Positions 1 to 10,005 of a DNA stretch of 64,000 nt are shown one piece after another. Each line of letters begins with the position of its first letter. Within the stretch, counting starts at the first letter, position 1. Position numbers and translations under genes: made by a program. The notes beneath the pieces are model-generated. The model was not told the origin of the DNA, made no database searches, and was given only the letters and a program-made list of their open reading frames with translations. The stretch comes from an uncultured Desulfobacterales bacterium (GTDB lineage: Bacteria > Desulfobacterota > Dissulfuribacteria > Dissulfuribacterales > JALVPX01): assembly GCA_964459155.1 (NCBI GenBank), contig CAYWKF010000013.1:8491-72490 (forward strand), given 5' to 3'.

Positions 1-20
1 GCGCATAGAAGAGAATTTTC

Positions 21-611
21 ATGAAATATATACCTTTGATTTTTGCCTACATATTAGGCTCTATACCGTTCGGCCTGTTGATTGCCCGCTCAAAGGGTGT
101 CGATCTTCGTAAGGAAGGCAGCGGAAATATCGGCGCAACCAATGCCGCAAGAATCCTGGGCAAAAAGAGCGGCCTGCTGGTCTTGCTGCTTGACATGGCC
201 AAGGGGTTGGTTCCGGTTCTTTTGGTACGGTTATTTTGGAAAGGTCCGCTTCCTTCTGATCACCTTGCGGCCATTACTGGTATTTTTGCCGTAATTGGCC
301 ACTGTTTTCCTATTTTTTTGGGTTTTAAAGGAGGCAAGGGGGTAGCCACCGCAGCAGGGGTATTTCTTGCCCTTTACCCGACATCCATTGCTATCGCCGC
401 AGCAGGGTTCGCGGCAACTGTTTGGGCATTCAGATACGTTTCCCTTGGCTCACTGGTCGCCTCCCTGCTCGTTCCGATTTCCATGATTTTTTTAAGGCCT
501 GATGAACAGCCCTATATTTTTTCAGCCTGGGTGATTGCCTCGGTTATTTGGTGGCAGCATCGTGACAACTTGAGGCGCTTAGTGCGCGGCCAAGAATCCC
601 GCTTCAAATAA
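21..611 (+). CDS. plsY: glycerol-3-phosphate acyltransferase PlsY
   Basis: 196-aa polytopic ORF with LGSIPFG and GSGNIGATN motifs characteristic of PlsY/YgiH. Confidence 0.9.
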   Translation: MKYIPLIFAYILGSIPFGLLIARSKGVDLRKEGSGNIGATNAARILGKKSGLLVLLLDMAKGLVPVLLVRLFWKGPLPSDHLAAITGIFAVIGHCFPIFLGFKGGKGVATAAGVFLALYPTSIAIAAAGFAATVWAFRYVSLGSLVASLLVPISMIFLRPDEQPYIFSAWVIASVIWWQHRDNLRRLVRGQESRFK

Positions 612-615
612 AATT

Positions 616-1986
616 TCAAACATTGATATCCAATGCCTTGATTTTTCTGTGAAGATGTCGCCTTTCAATGCCTATGGCCTGGGCCGTGCGCTTGACATTG
701 CCGCCGTTTTCCTTGAGTTTCATGGTCAAGTAGGCCTTTTCGAACAAAGATTTTGCCTCCTTGAAATCGTTGCACTTCAAAAAAATATCTGCTCCAGGGG
801 AAGAAGCCTTTGTGTGGCTTCCTGACCCTTTGAAAAAAGCCAAGGGCAGATCCTCTTCTTTTATCACCTCACCCCTGGAAAGTATAAACAGCCTTTCCAC
901 AGTATTTCTGAGTTCTCTGACATTCCCCGGCCAATCATAATTTTGAAACGCATCGAGCACACCGTCTGAAATCTGCTTGGCCTTGCCGCTTTTTCTTCGA
1001 AACTCCTCCAAAAAGACCTTCACCAGTAAAGGAATATCCTCCTTTCTATGCCTTAGTGGTGGTATTTCCATTGGAATAACATTGAGCCTGTGATAGAGAT
1101 CCTCCCTGAACCTGCCTTTTTTGATCTCTTCTTCGAGATTTTTGTTGGTGGCAGCTATAATCCTCACGTCCACTTCTATGGTCTTGTTCCCGCCTACCCG
1201 TTCAAAACGCTGTTCCTGTAAAATACGCAAGATTTTCGCCTGGGTTTTCAGGCTCATGTCACCAATCTCATCAAGGAAAAGGGTGCTACCGTTGGCTTGA
1301 TCGAATTTGCCCCTTTTCATGGCAGAAGCACCTGTAAATGCCCCCTTTTCATGGCCAAACAGCTCGCTTTCAATAAGTTCTTCTGGGATAGCAGCACAAT
1401 TAAGTTCGATCATTGGCTTTTCGGCACGCTTGCTCAAACGGTGTATGGTTTGAGCCACTAATTCCTTTCCTGTGCCATTTTCCCCTTGGATCAAGACCCA
1501 GGCATCTGTGGGTGCCACCAGTTGGATTTGCTCCTTGAGCTGCCGTATTGCTGGGCTAGTGCCGGTTATTTCCACCTGGGGCTCAACCTTTTGCCTCAGC
1601 AAAACATTTTCTGCTTGAATATCATAAAATTTGAGTGCGTTTTTGATGGTGAGAATGAGCTGTTCATATGACAAAGGCTTTTCGATGAAATCATAGGCCC
1701 CGAGTTTGGTAGCCTTTACAGCGGTCTCAACGGTTCCATGACCAGACATCATCACCACAGGCAAAAAAGGCCAATTACTCTTAATCTGCTGCAAAACCTC
1801 CAAGCCATCTATTCCGGGCAGCCATATATCCAAAAGCACAAGGTCTGGAGTCTCTCTCTCAAGGATTTCCAGTGCCTCTTCACCAGATTCAGCACAAATC
1901 GGCACAAACCCTTCGTCTTCCAAGATATCTTCAACTGTTTGAAGGATCGTGGATTCATCGTCCACTATAAGAATCCGTTTTTTCAT
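616..1986 (-). CDS. sigma-54-dependent two-component response regulator (NtrC/NtrX-type)
   Basis: N-terminal receiver domain. AAA+ core with Walker A GENGTGKE and the sigma-54 contact loop GAFTGA. C-terminal Fis-type HTH (RTAQAIGIERRHLHRKIK). Sits directly downstream of the NtrY-like kinase. Confidence 0.9.
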   Translation of the reverse strand: MKKRILIVDDESTILQTVEDILEDEGFVPICAESGEEALEILERETPDLVLLDIWLPGIDGLEVLQQIKSNWPFLPVVMMSGHGTVETAVKATKLGAYDFIEKPLSYEQLILTIKNALKFYDIQAENVLLRQKVEPQVEITGTSPAIRQLKEQIQLVAPTDAWVLIQGENGTGKELVAQTIHRLSKRAEKPMIELNCAAIPEELIESELFGHEKGAFTGASAMKRGKFDQANGSTLFLDEIGDMSLKTQAKILRILQEQRFERVGGNKTIEVDVRIIAATNKNLEEEIKKGRFREDLYHRLNVIPMEIPPLRHRKEDIPLLVKVFLEEFRRKSGKAKQISDGVLDAFQNYDWPGNVRELRNTVERLFILSRGEVIKEEDLPLAFFKGSGSHTKASSPGADIFLKCNDFKEAKSLFEKAYLTMKLKENGGNVKRTAQAIGIERRHLHRKIKALDINV

Positions 1987-1992
1987 GGCCTT

Positions 1993-4269
1993 CTATTCCT
2001 CGTCCTCATTAGCTAAAGGAAACCAAAGGGTGAAAATGGTTCCATGTGGCTGATTGTCCTCGATGGTTACCTTGCCACCATGGTCTTGCATGACCGAATT
2101 CACGATAGCAAGCCCCAAACCTGTTCCTCCTGGCCTTTTTGAAAAATAGGGTTCAAACAGCCGGGGTTTGTCTTCCTCGGAAATACCAGAACCCGTATCG
2201 GCCACAGAGAGCGAAACCATCCCTTTTTCAACATTGTATCCGGTTGTTATGGTTATTTCACCACCATCCTTCATGGAATATATTGCATTTTCTATGATAT
2301 TCACCAAGGCTCGTTTCACTTGATCTCTGTCAATTCTAGCCTTTGGGACTTCATTTAAATGTACATTGAAAACGATGTCCCTTCTCATCTCCTGATACAT
2401 TGGTAGGACGTCTTTGACTATTTCATTGAGATCCTCAGGAACTGGGCTTGCTGATGGCATCCTTGCAAAATTGGAAAATTCGTTGACCAAACGTTTTAGA
2501 TCCTCTACTTGTGAAATGATTGTATTCGTGCACCTGTCAAACACTTCTTTATCTTCAACCTGGGAACATTTGTCTCCAAAACGCTTTCTCAAGCGTTGTG
2601 CCGACAACTGTATGGGGGTTAGTGGGTTTTTGACCTCGTGGGCGATTCTTCTCGCTACCTCTCGCCATGCCGCAAGGCGCTGAATCCGTTCCAGTTCTGT
2701 AAGGTCGTCAAAAACCACAACGACGCCAAGGCTCCTTCCATCTGTATCTTTCAACAAAGTGAAGCTGACCAACAGAGAAAGTGGTCTGCCATTGACCTCA
2801 AGGCGCATGGATCTGTGCACCGTATCGCCCCCTGATAGCAACAACTCTTTGCGCACCTTTTCGAATTCCTTGGCATATTCCTTTGATAGCAAGTTGTGAT
2901 AAGGCTTTCCCACCACCTCTTCTGCAGATATACCCAAAATGTTTTCTGCAGACTTATTCACCGTGGTCACCACGCCGTTTCTATCTATGGAAATTACGCC
3001 TGCTGCCACATTTTGAAGGATTATTTCAATGTACCTCTGGCGCCTTTCAAGCTCAGCGTAGCTTCTCTTGAGCTGTTTCGTGGCCCTTTCAGCCTTTGCC
3101 CGCGCTTCCTTCAAGTCAGCGGTCATGGTATTGAAGGCACGCACCAGAGAACTCAGCTCGTCTCTTCCAGGGGCTTCCAGGTGAAAATCGAGGTTGCCGT
3201 GGGCTACCCGGTGGGTGGCATCTGCTAGCATTTGTACAGGTTCGGTAATAGTTTTTGCCAACCTGAATCCAAACCAAACTGATACAAACAGAATCAAGAA
3301 AGTAACAGCCAACATCAGTATGGTGACAGCTGTGTGAATGGGTTTCTGAAAGACCCGTAATTGCTTATATTCTTCATATCCAGTTCTTATGTCATCCAAA
3401 AGCCCCATCATGTCCTGATGGAGCACCTTCCCCACAGCCACAAAATATAATGGTCTGCTCCCGCTGTAAGGCAAGGCAGAAACCACTCTGATCAGCTCGC
3501 CTGCTGCAACGGGATGGGGTGTTATTACTGGCTTATTTTTTTTAAAGGCCTTTTCTATTATTATTTTGGGTACAGGAGGTGGGGGATCGACCAAGGGCAG
3601 AAAATATTTTCTAAATAACACCCGGCCACTCACATCTACAATTTCAAGCGAATGCATTCGGGCCTGTTTGATGGCCCCAGGGCCTGCAATGGGCATGGTG
3701 ATTTGCTCTGCAATGCCATTGAGGCATTCCTTGTTCAGGATGTCGTCTCCTTCCAGACACTCCATAGCAATAGCACGCTCGACATTTTGGGATAGCAATT
3801 TTATGCCCCTGACTTGCTCATCATACAAAGTTTTTCCAACGGTTATGGCGCTTTCCAGGGATTTTTCCACCCTTACATCAAACCAATATGAAAGACTGGT
3901 GGAGAGAAATTGAAATGCTACGAAAAAGAGAGCCAGCGTTGGCAGCAGAGAAAGAGAAACAAAGGCTATCACCAGCTTGGTGCGCAATTTTGCCCCTAAT
4001 ATGTTTTGACGGTCCTCAAACACCACTTTTACGAGGTTCCTTATAATCAGGAAACCCAAGAAGAGAATCAATATCGTGTTGAGATTGATGACGAAAAATA
4101 TCAGGAGGTTGCTTCCATGCTGAAAGGGCCCTGAACCGGAAATAAGGGCATATTCCACCCAGGAAAGCACCAGCACTGCAACTCCACTGGCGAGCATCAA
4201 TATGCGTTCCCGCTTGCGTCGGGCGATTTCGCTAATAGGTAAATTTGATTTCATGCCACTTTGTAGCAA
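1993..4269 (-). CDS. ntrY: NtrY-like sensor histidine kinase (TM-HAMP-PAS-HisKA-HATPase)
   Basis: 758 aa with N-terminal TM segments. H-box HEVKNPLTPIQLSAQRL and C-terminal ATPase motifs (GTGLGLAIV). Confidence 0.85.
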   Translation of the reverse strand: MLQSGMKSNLPISEIARRKRERILMLASGVAVLVLSWVEYALISGSGPFQHGSNLLIFFVINLNTILILFLGFLIIRNLVKVVFEDRQNILGAKLRTKLVIAFVSLSLLPTLALFFVAFQFLSTSLSYWFDVRVEKSLESAITVGKTLYDEQVRGIKLLSQNVERAIAMECLEGDDILNKECLNGIAEQITMPIAGPGAIKQARMHSLEIVDVSGRVLFRKYFLPLVDPPPPVPKIIIEKAFKKNKPVITPHPVAAGELIRVVSALPYSGSRPLYFVAVGKVLHQDMMGLLDDIRTGYEEYKQLRVFQKPIHTAVTILMLAVTFLILFVSVWFGFRLAKTITEPVQMLADATHRVAHGNLDFHLEAPGRDELSSLVRAFNTMTADLKEARAKAERATKQLKRSYAELERRQRYIEIILQNVAAGVISIDRNGVVTTVNKSAENILGISAEEVVGKPYHNLLSKEYAKEFEKVRKELLLSGGDTVHRSMRLEVNGRPLSLLVSFTLLKDTDGRSLGVVVVFDDLTELERIQRLAAWREVARRIAHEVKNPLTPIQLSAQRLRKRFGDKCSQVEDKEVFDRCTNTIISQVEDLKRLVNEFSNFARMPSASPVPEDLNEIVKDVLPMYQEMRRDIVFNVHLNEVPKARIDRDQVKRALVNIIENAIYSMKDGGEITITTGYNVEKGMVSLSVADTGSGISEEDKPRLFEPYFSKRPGGTGLGLAIVNSVMQDHGGKVTIEDNQPHGTIFTLWFPLANEDEE

Positions 4270-4945
4270 AACCCCACCTGGAAAAAATTTCTATCAGGCC
4301 TTCAAATGGTAGAAAAGCATTGCCCTTTTCCGCCACCGCCCGGATTTTCAGAAAGTAGGTTCTGCCCTTGGAAAGTTTTGAAATTGTACAAATCGGAAAA
4401 TCCTTTATGGAAAAAGCCTCTTTTTCTGCCTCTTCCAGGGTGCCCACTGTCAACACCCTTGTGCCTTTGCTCGAAACAATTCTGAATTCACCTTTTATTG
4501 CGTCATAGAAAAGGGTCTTTTCAATATTCCTCTTTGCAATTCTTTTGTCCCGCAGGAATCTCGGAGTCAATAGTTCAAGGCTGAAACTATATTTTATGGG
4601 TACACCACTTTCCAGTGCCTCTTTAATTCTTGGAGGAAATGGGTTAATCAAATTGAAACTGGCCTCCAAGCAATGGCCTCTGTTCGCAATGGTTATTTTT
4701 CCAATGTAAGGTCGATTTTTTTGGACATCTTGTGCTGCTGCAGTATCTGTACATGCTGTAACATAAAGAACCAGCAAGGAAAAAAGCAGCGGTAAAAATA
4801 TCTTGACAAAATGGGCATATGGTCCTATTTTCTTATCTAAACATAACGGACATAAATTTCCCCTGCTGGTCCCTCTGTACCATCTCCAACAAAGACGACC
4901 AACATACCCACCTCCATCCTTCTTTGTGCCAGCAGGGGATTTCAT
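4232..4945 (-). CDS. DUF4390-like periplasmic protein; start uncertain (ORF extends to 4978)
   Basis: Signal-peptide-like segment FLPLLFSLLVLYVTAC followed by a beta-rich domain. The position immediately upstream of ntrY is typical of DUF4390. I prefer the internal Met at 4945 because it avoids overlap with mltA. Confidence 0.55.
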   Translation of the reverse strand: MKSPAGTKKDGGGYVGRLCWRWYRGTSRGNLCPLCLDKKIGPYAHFVKIFLPLLFSLLVLYVTACTDTAAAQDVQKNRPYIGKITIANRGHCLEASFNLINPFPPRIKEALESGVPIKYSFSLELLTPRFLRDKRIAKRNIEKTLFYDAIKGEFRIVSSKGTRVLTVGTLEEAEKEAFSIKDFPICTISKLSKGRTYFLKIRAVAEKGNAFLPFEGLIEIFSRWGFATKWHEIKFTY

Positions 4946-4955
4946 TTTGAAATTC

Positions 4956-6221
4956 TCAATCACGTGCAACCAATACAAAAAGTCTGCTAGGGGTCTTCAG
5001 TCTGCCAGCTATGCTTTCGCCGGCTTTTCCATTTCCACAATAAAGATCAAGACGGTATGGACCGCGGATGGCATTACCCATGTCTTGATTTACCACCACG
5101 GAGGCATATGGGGTTTTTCCTTTGGCAGTGACAAGGATGGTGTCCAATACACCAATCACACCAAGCGGATATATCTTCGCATCAAGGGCCACTGAAACCA
5201 ATGGAGTGAGAGTTACTCCCATGCTCCCGTAAGGCCCGTCATCTTCCCATTTGAAAAATATGTAGCGGGGGTTTTCACACAAGGCCCGCTGGAACAGATC
5301 CGAATGGTTTTCAGCCCATTTTTTGATCCCTGGCCAATTTGCCTGCCCCGGCCTCAAATAACCTCTTCTGATGAGCCATTTTGCAACACTTCTATAGGGC
5401 CTGCCGTTGCTGGATGCATAGTGAATATACCGTTTTTCACCAGTTCCGAAGGTGAGTAAGGCCGAACCCTGAATATGAAGAGTCAGTGCATCCACCTCCG
5501 ATTTCAGGTAGGCGAGAACCGGTGGATTGTCCAAACCAGGCCCATAGTCTATTTCGCACCGGGTGGGATAAGGGACCAATTTATTGCCATCTGGCCTGCC
5601 AACTATGGTACGTGCTGGCAAAGTGGGATCAAACTGTTTGAGGGATACAGTAATTAAATCCTTGGGAGTCCCATATAGCGGCACTTTGAACTCGCTATTT
5701 CTTACGAAAGATGCCTCTAGCTCAGGATGAAAATAGCCTGTTACGAGCATTGGTTTCTTGCCTTTTGCAGCAATTTCATCTCCATCTGGCTGCCTTGGCT
5801 TCAGGCTGAAGATTTCAAAGTTTTCCTTGAATATAAGCCTGAACTCTTGAGGCTTAAGGGTTGAACACTTGAGCAAGATTCTTCGAAGCCTATTGCCTGT
5901 TGTCAAGAGATCGGAAACCCTTATTTCCAGAGTTCCTAGAAGGAATCGCCTGCTTTGATCCAATTTTTCCAAATAAGAGATATTCTTTTCCAGGGCCTCG
6001 ACAATCCTTGGACTATGAGCACAAAACCCATATGGATCTGGAAATTCATCCCACGTGGCAGGAACAAAGAGCGCCTCAGGGATCTTTGCCGGAATTTTTT
6101 CAGGCTTCAGTTCCTTCTTCGGAGGCACAGGCCTTTTAGCAGCCTCATACAAAGCGCCGAAAAAGGCAACTGCTGCCAGGCAAACGATTACCAGCGCTAA
6201 TACTACCCTGGCTGAAGACAT
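4956..6221 (-). CDS. mltA: membrane-bound lytic murein transglycosylase A
   Basis: 421 aa with an N-terminal signal anchor. MltA-type core and a C-terminal 3D-domain motif (NQDMGNAIRGPYRLDLYCGNGKAGESIAG). Confidence 0.8.
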   Translation of the reverse strand: MSSARVVLALVIVCLAAVAFFGALYEAAKRPVPPKKELKPEKIPAKIPEALFVPATWDEFPDPYGFCAHSPRIVEALEKNISYLEKLDQSRRFLLGTLEIRVSDLLTTGNRLRRILLKCSTLKPQEFRLIFKENFEIFSLKPRQPDGDEIAAKGKKPMLVTGYFHPELEASFVRNSEFKVPLYGTPKDLITVSLKQFDPTLPARTIVGRPDGNKLVPYPTRCEIDYGPGLDNPPVLAYLKSEVDALTLHIQGSALLTFGTGEKRYIHYASSNGRPYRSVAKWLIRRGYLRPGQANWPGIKKWAENHSDLFQRALCENPRYIFFKWEDDGPYGSMGVTLTPLVSVALDAKIYPLGVIGVLDTILVTAKGKTPYASVVVNQDMGNAIRGPYRLDLYCGNGKAGESIAGRLKTPSRLFVLVARD

Positions 6222-6222
6222 A

Positions 6223-7164
6223 TCAAAGGCCAGTGGCCTCCATTTGTTTTCTCACGGCATTTACTGAAAGCTCCAAAGCCGCTTTCTCGTCATCGGTCAA
6301 AGGAAACTCAAGAATCCTTTCTACCCCATCTGCACCAAGCACCACAGGAACCCCCATGAACAGGCCGCTGATTCCAAACTCTCCCTCCAAATAGGCCGCA
6401 CATGGCATCACCCGTTTCGAGTCTTTCAATATGGCCTCTGCCATTTCAACAGCTGCCAGGCCCGGTGTGGTGAACGCGCTTCCCGTCTTGAGGTGCTGGA
6501 CTATTTCAGCGCCGCCGTGTTGCGTCTTTTTGACTATCTCCTGGATGCTTTCCTTGTCTAGCAAATCAGTGACAGGCACGCCATTTACACTTGCCAGACG
6601 TATCATGGGAAGCATGTTGTCACCATGAATGCCCATGACGAGAGCGGTAACATCACATGGAGCAACCCCAAGGGCCTTGGATATGAGAAGGCGGTATCTA
6701 GCAGAATCGAGCACTCCTGCCATTCCAACCACCCGCTGCCTTGGAAAACCAGAAATCTTGAAGGCCGTGTAGACCATTGCATCTATAGGGTTTGTTACTA
6801 CTATCAAGCAACAATCAGGACTGTGTGCAGCAATCTGTTCCGATATTCCCTTGACGATCTTGACGTTCTTTTCCAGCAGATCGTCGCGGCTCATACCAGG
6901 CTTTCTTGCAAGGCCCGCCGTAACTATGACCACATCAGAATTGGCTGTGAGGGAAAAATCGTTAGTTCCTGCAATCCTGCCTGCAAAACCATTTAAGGGC
7001 GCTGTCTGCCCTATGTCTAACGCCTTGCCTTGCGGAAGGCCCTCAACAACGTCGTAAAGGACTATTTCATCTGCTACTTGCCTCTGAACAGACCACTGAG
7101 CGGCGGAAGTTCCCACGGCTCCAGCCCCGATTATGGACAACTTTCTGGCTTTAGATTTACTCAT
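6223..7164 (-). CDS. mdh: malate dehydrogenase (LDH-like type)
   Basis: IIGAGAVGTSAA Rossmann motif. ARKPGMSRDDLL substrate loop with Arg (MDH-type). Catalytic GIHGD. Confidence 0.9.
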   Translation of the reverse strand: MSKSKARKLSIIGAGAVGTSAAQWSVQRQVADEIVLYDVVEGLPQGKALDIGQTAPLNGFAGRIAGTNDFSLTANSDVVIVTAGLARKPGMSRDDLLEKNVKIVKGISEQIAAHSPDCCLIVVTNPIDAMVYTAFKISGFPRQRVVGMAGVLDSARYRLLISKALGVAPCDVTALVMGIHGDNMLPMIRLASVNGVPVTDLLDKESIQEIVKKTQHGGAEIVQHLKTGSAFTTPGLAAVEMAEAILKDSKRVMPCAAYLEGEFGISGLFMGVPVVLGADGVERILEFPLTDDEKAALELSVNAVRKQMEATGL

Positions 7165-7230
7165 ATAAGATCCCTTGTCTCTAATTTGATCAAGGCATCA
7201 TAAACAGCAGTACGCTTGTTGGCAAACGGT

Positions 7231-8010
7231 TCAGCCCTTTTGGGTGCACATCTCCCTGTTGAAGGCTACAATTTGGTCATACCTCACGCCTGTCCCACCG
7301 AATATATCCAAGGCGCTTCCAATAGTAAGATCGATCCTGTTACGGCCAAGCTCCTTCACCCTGTATGCATCGGTAATGGATCTTGCACCCCCGGCGTATG
7401 TGGTGGGGATTGGGGATGCTGAGCCCAGTAGCGTAACAAGCTGCTCATCGATGCCTTTACATTTGCCTTCCACGTGAGCGGCATGCACAAGGAACTCAAA
7501 ACAATATTGAGACAGATATTCGAGATTCTCAGCATTGACTTCAACATCTGTGAACTTTTGCCACCTGTCTGTAACTATGAAGTAACGGCCATCTTTACGC
7601 TTACAACTAAGATCAAGCACCAGCCGGTCTTTGCCAACGGCCCTTTCAAGCTTTAACAGACGATCTTCCCTGATCCGTCCATCTTGAAACACATACGTGG
7701 TCACGATCACCGCAGCAGCACCTGCTTTCAGCCACTCCGGGGCATTGTCTGCATTTATGCCCCCGCCGATCTGAAAACCACCCGGCCAAGCTGACAAAGC
7801 TTCTTTTGCAGCTTCTTCGTTGCCAGGGCCCAGCATGATTATGTGCCCGCCGGTCATGTTGTCTTTTTTGAAAAGTGCCGCAAAATAGGATGGTGGCTGC
7901 TCGGCCACAAAGTTCTCCTGCAAAGACTCTGGTCGCTGGTCGCTGAGGGTTGAGCCAACAATCTGTTTTACCTTGCCGCCGTGCAGATCTATACAAGGTC
8001 TAATTTTCAC
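7231..8010 (-). CDS. hisA: ProFAR isomerase (HisA, His6-like type)
   Basis: MKIRPCIDLHGGKVKQIVG N-terminus and (beta/alpha)8 HisA/HisF-family pattern. Confidence 0.75.
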   Translation of the reverse strand: MKIRPCIDLHGGKVKQIVGSTLSDQRPESLQENFVAEQPPSYFAALFKKDNMTGGHIIMLGPGNEEAAKEALSAWPGGFQIGGGINADNAPEWLKAGAAAVIVTTYVFQDGRIREDRLLKLERAVGKDRLVLDLSCKRKDGRYFIVTDRWQKFTDVEVNAENLEYLSQYCFEFLVHAAHVEGKCKGIDEQLVTLLGSASPIPTTYAGGARSITDAYRVKELGRNRIDLTIGSALDIFGGTGVRYDQIVAFNREMCTQKG

Positions 8011-8017
8011 GCCACTA

Positions 8018-8767
8018 TCACTCTTTTCTTCTTCTCACAAACCACACGAAAAAGATACTAACTTCATACAATAGCAACAAGGGCCCGGCCAACAAGACCT
8101 GATTCAAGACGTCAGGCGTAGGGGTGAAGATCGCTGCTATTACAAAGATAATAAGAATGGCATATTTCCTGTTCTTTCTCAGCATGGAAGCATCGATGAT
8201 TCCCAGAAGGCCGAGGAAGACCATCAAGACTGGCAGTTCAAAGGCAAGCCCAAACCCCAAAAGTAGCCTGACTGTCAGTGTGAAGTATTCACTGACGCTG
8301 GGCAGAAGCACAAAGGTGTCGCCTGTAAAATGGGCCAAAAAATTGAATGCGGCCGGAAACACGACAAAGTATCCGAATACTCCACCACCCACGAAACAAA
8401 ATGTAGAGGCGAAAACAAAGGGAAGCGCAAGCCTCTTTTCATGCGGATAAAGGCCTGGGGCAACAAAGGCCCAAATTTCGTAAAGCACCAAGGGGCTGGC
8501 CAAAAAAATCCCCACAGTAATGGCCAGCTTGAGGTATGTGAAAAAGGCCTCTGGATAGGAAGTGAAAATCAATGTGGTGTCTGGGGGCAAAACATCCATG
8601 AGGGGTTGAGAAAAAAGTGTGAACAGGGGATCAATGAAAGCATACGCAATCACTGCTCCGGCAGCTATGCCTGCCACTGACACGATAAGCCTTTGGCGCA
8701 GTTCTGCCAAGTGTTCAACCAGGCTCAAATCTTGCTGATGGACGCTTCCCTGACGTGAGTCACTCAC
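8018..8767 (-). CDS. tatC: twin-arginine translocase subunit TatC
   Basis: 249 aa, six predicted TM helices, HLAELRQRLI N-terminal motif typical of TatC. Confidence 0.9.
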   Translation of the reverse strand: MSDSRQGSVHQQDLSLVEHLAELRQRLIVSVAGIAAGAVIAYAFIDPLFTLFSQPLMDVLPPDTTLIFTSYPEAFFTYLKLAITVGIFLASPLVLYEIWAFVAPGLYPHEKRLALPFVFASTFCFVGGGVFGYFVVFPAAFNFLAHFTGDTFVLLPSVSEYFTLTVRLLLGFGLAFELPVLMVFLGLLGIIDASMLRKNRKYAILIIFVIAAIFTPTPDVLNQVLLAGPLLLLYEVSIFFVWFVRRRKE

Positions 8768-8777
8768 CCTGGCAACC

Positions 8778-9878
8778 TCAATTGGCGATGTCTGGGTAAT
8801 ACCATTTGTTGGAGTTTAGACATATTGATCCGTTTTCTGTTACCAGGACCATGTCTTCCAGCCGGACTCCGCCTTTGCCGGCGATGTATATTCCGGGTTC
8901 AACAGTTATTACATTTCCTGCCCGGAGTTTTTTGCGGTTTCGAGAGGAAAGTGTAGGCGGTTCGTGGACTGCTAAACCAACCCCGTGGCCAAGGCTATGG
9001 ACAAATTCCTTGCCATATCCCCAATCTTTGATTTCCTGTCTTGCTATCAAATCCACTTCCTTTGCAACTACACCAGCTTTAATCGCTGCCTGGGCTTTTT
9101 GTTTGGCCTGTGCAACTATTTGATAGATCTTTGTAAAAATCCCTTCAGGCCTTTTACCCACAAACAATGTGCGGGTCATGTCTGAACAATAGCCCTTGTA
9201 AATGGCTCCCATATCAATAATCAGAGGCTCACCTTCTTTTATCTTTCTGCTAGTCGGCTCTGCATGTGGCAGGGCACTGTTTGGCCCTGATGCAACTATC
9301 GGAGGGAAAGAAGGTCCCTCAGCTTCTTCATATAAACCCTTTAGTATCATGAAAGCTATTTCTTTTTCACTCTGACCAGGCCGGATAGAACGCCATACCT
9401 CGTCGATGACATTTTCGGCTGCCGAAACAGCCTTTTTAATCCTCTCAACCTCCCACGGCCTCTTTTTTTCCCTCATCTTTTCCACCGTTCCCTTGATAGG
9501 AACGGGTTCTAGCTTGGGAAGGGCCTTTTTGATGCCCTCCAATACTTCACATGTAATAAAATTTGGCTCATAGCCCAACGACTTTAATGAAAAATCTGAC
9601 GCAACCGATTTTATGCCCTCTGCGAGCCCCTTTTTGTAAACAACCACAGGCCAGTCTTGGCATTCCTCTCTAGCTTGGACAGCAAATCTTCCGTCAGTCA
9701 ACAGATAGCGCTCCTTGCAAAGCACCAACAGGGCCCCAGCTGACTCTTCTATTCCCATGTCCTTTGCTGAAAAACCGCTCAAGTAGAAACGGTTGTATTG
9801 AGACGTGACCAAAAAGGCATCAAGGCCCTTTCTTGCTATGCCCATTTGAAGCCTAGTTACGGGGGAAATTCTATTCAA
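8778..9878 (-). CDS. M24B Xaa-Pro aminopeptidase/dipeptidase
   Basis: Creatinase-like N-domain plus M24 metal-ligand motifs (DMGAIYKGYCSD, HSLGHGVGLAVHE, VEPGIY). TTG start preceded by AAGGAG. Confidence 0.85.
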   Translation of the reverse strand: MNRISPVTRLQMGIARKGLDAFLVTSQYNRFYLSGFSAKDMGIEESAGALLVLCKERYLLTDGRFAVQAREECQDWPVVVYKKGLAEGIKSVASDFSLKSLGYEPNFITCEVLEGIKKALPKLEPVPIKGTVEKMREKKRPWEVERIKKAVSAAENVIDEVWRSIRPGQSEKEIAFMILKGLYEEAEGPSFPPIVASGPNSALPHAEPTSRKIKEGEPLIIDMGAIYKGYCSDMTRTLFVGKRPEGIFTKIYQIVAQAKQKAQAAIKAGVVAKEVDLIARQEIKDWGYGKEFVHSLGHGVGLAVHEPPTLSSRNRKKLRAGNVITVEPGIYIAGKGGVRLEDMVLVTENGSICLNSNKWYYPDIAN

Positions 9879-10005
9879 GGCAAAATGCTCCTTAAATTTT
9901 CATTTGTTTGGGACAACTAGAATCCGTGTTGGTAAATATTTGCTGTCAATAGATCTTGGCTCAATAAATTAATCATCAAGCGTACATGTGCAAAAAATTC
10001 AAAAC

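Noticed and set aside
4803-5195. 130-aa plus-strand ORF spanning the DUF4390/mltA junction, and the 70-aa ORF 82..294 nested in plsY
   Set aside because: Both overlap motif-supported genes on the other strand or frame and have no family resemblance.
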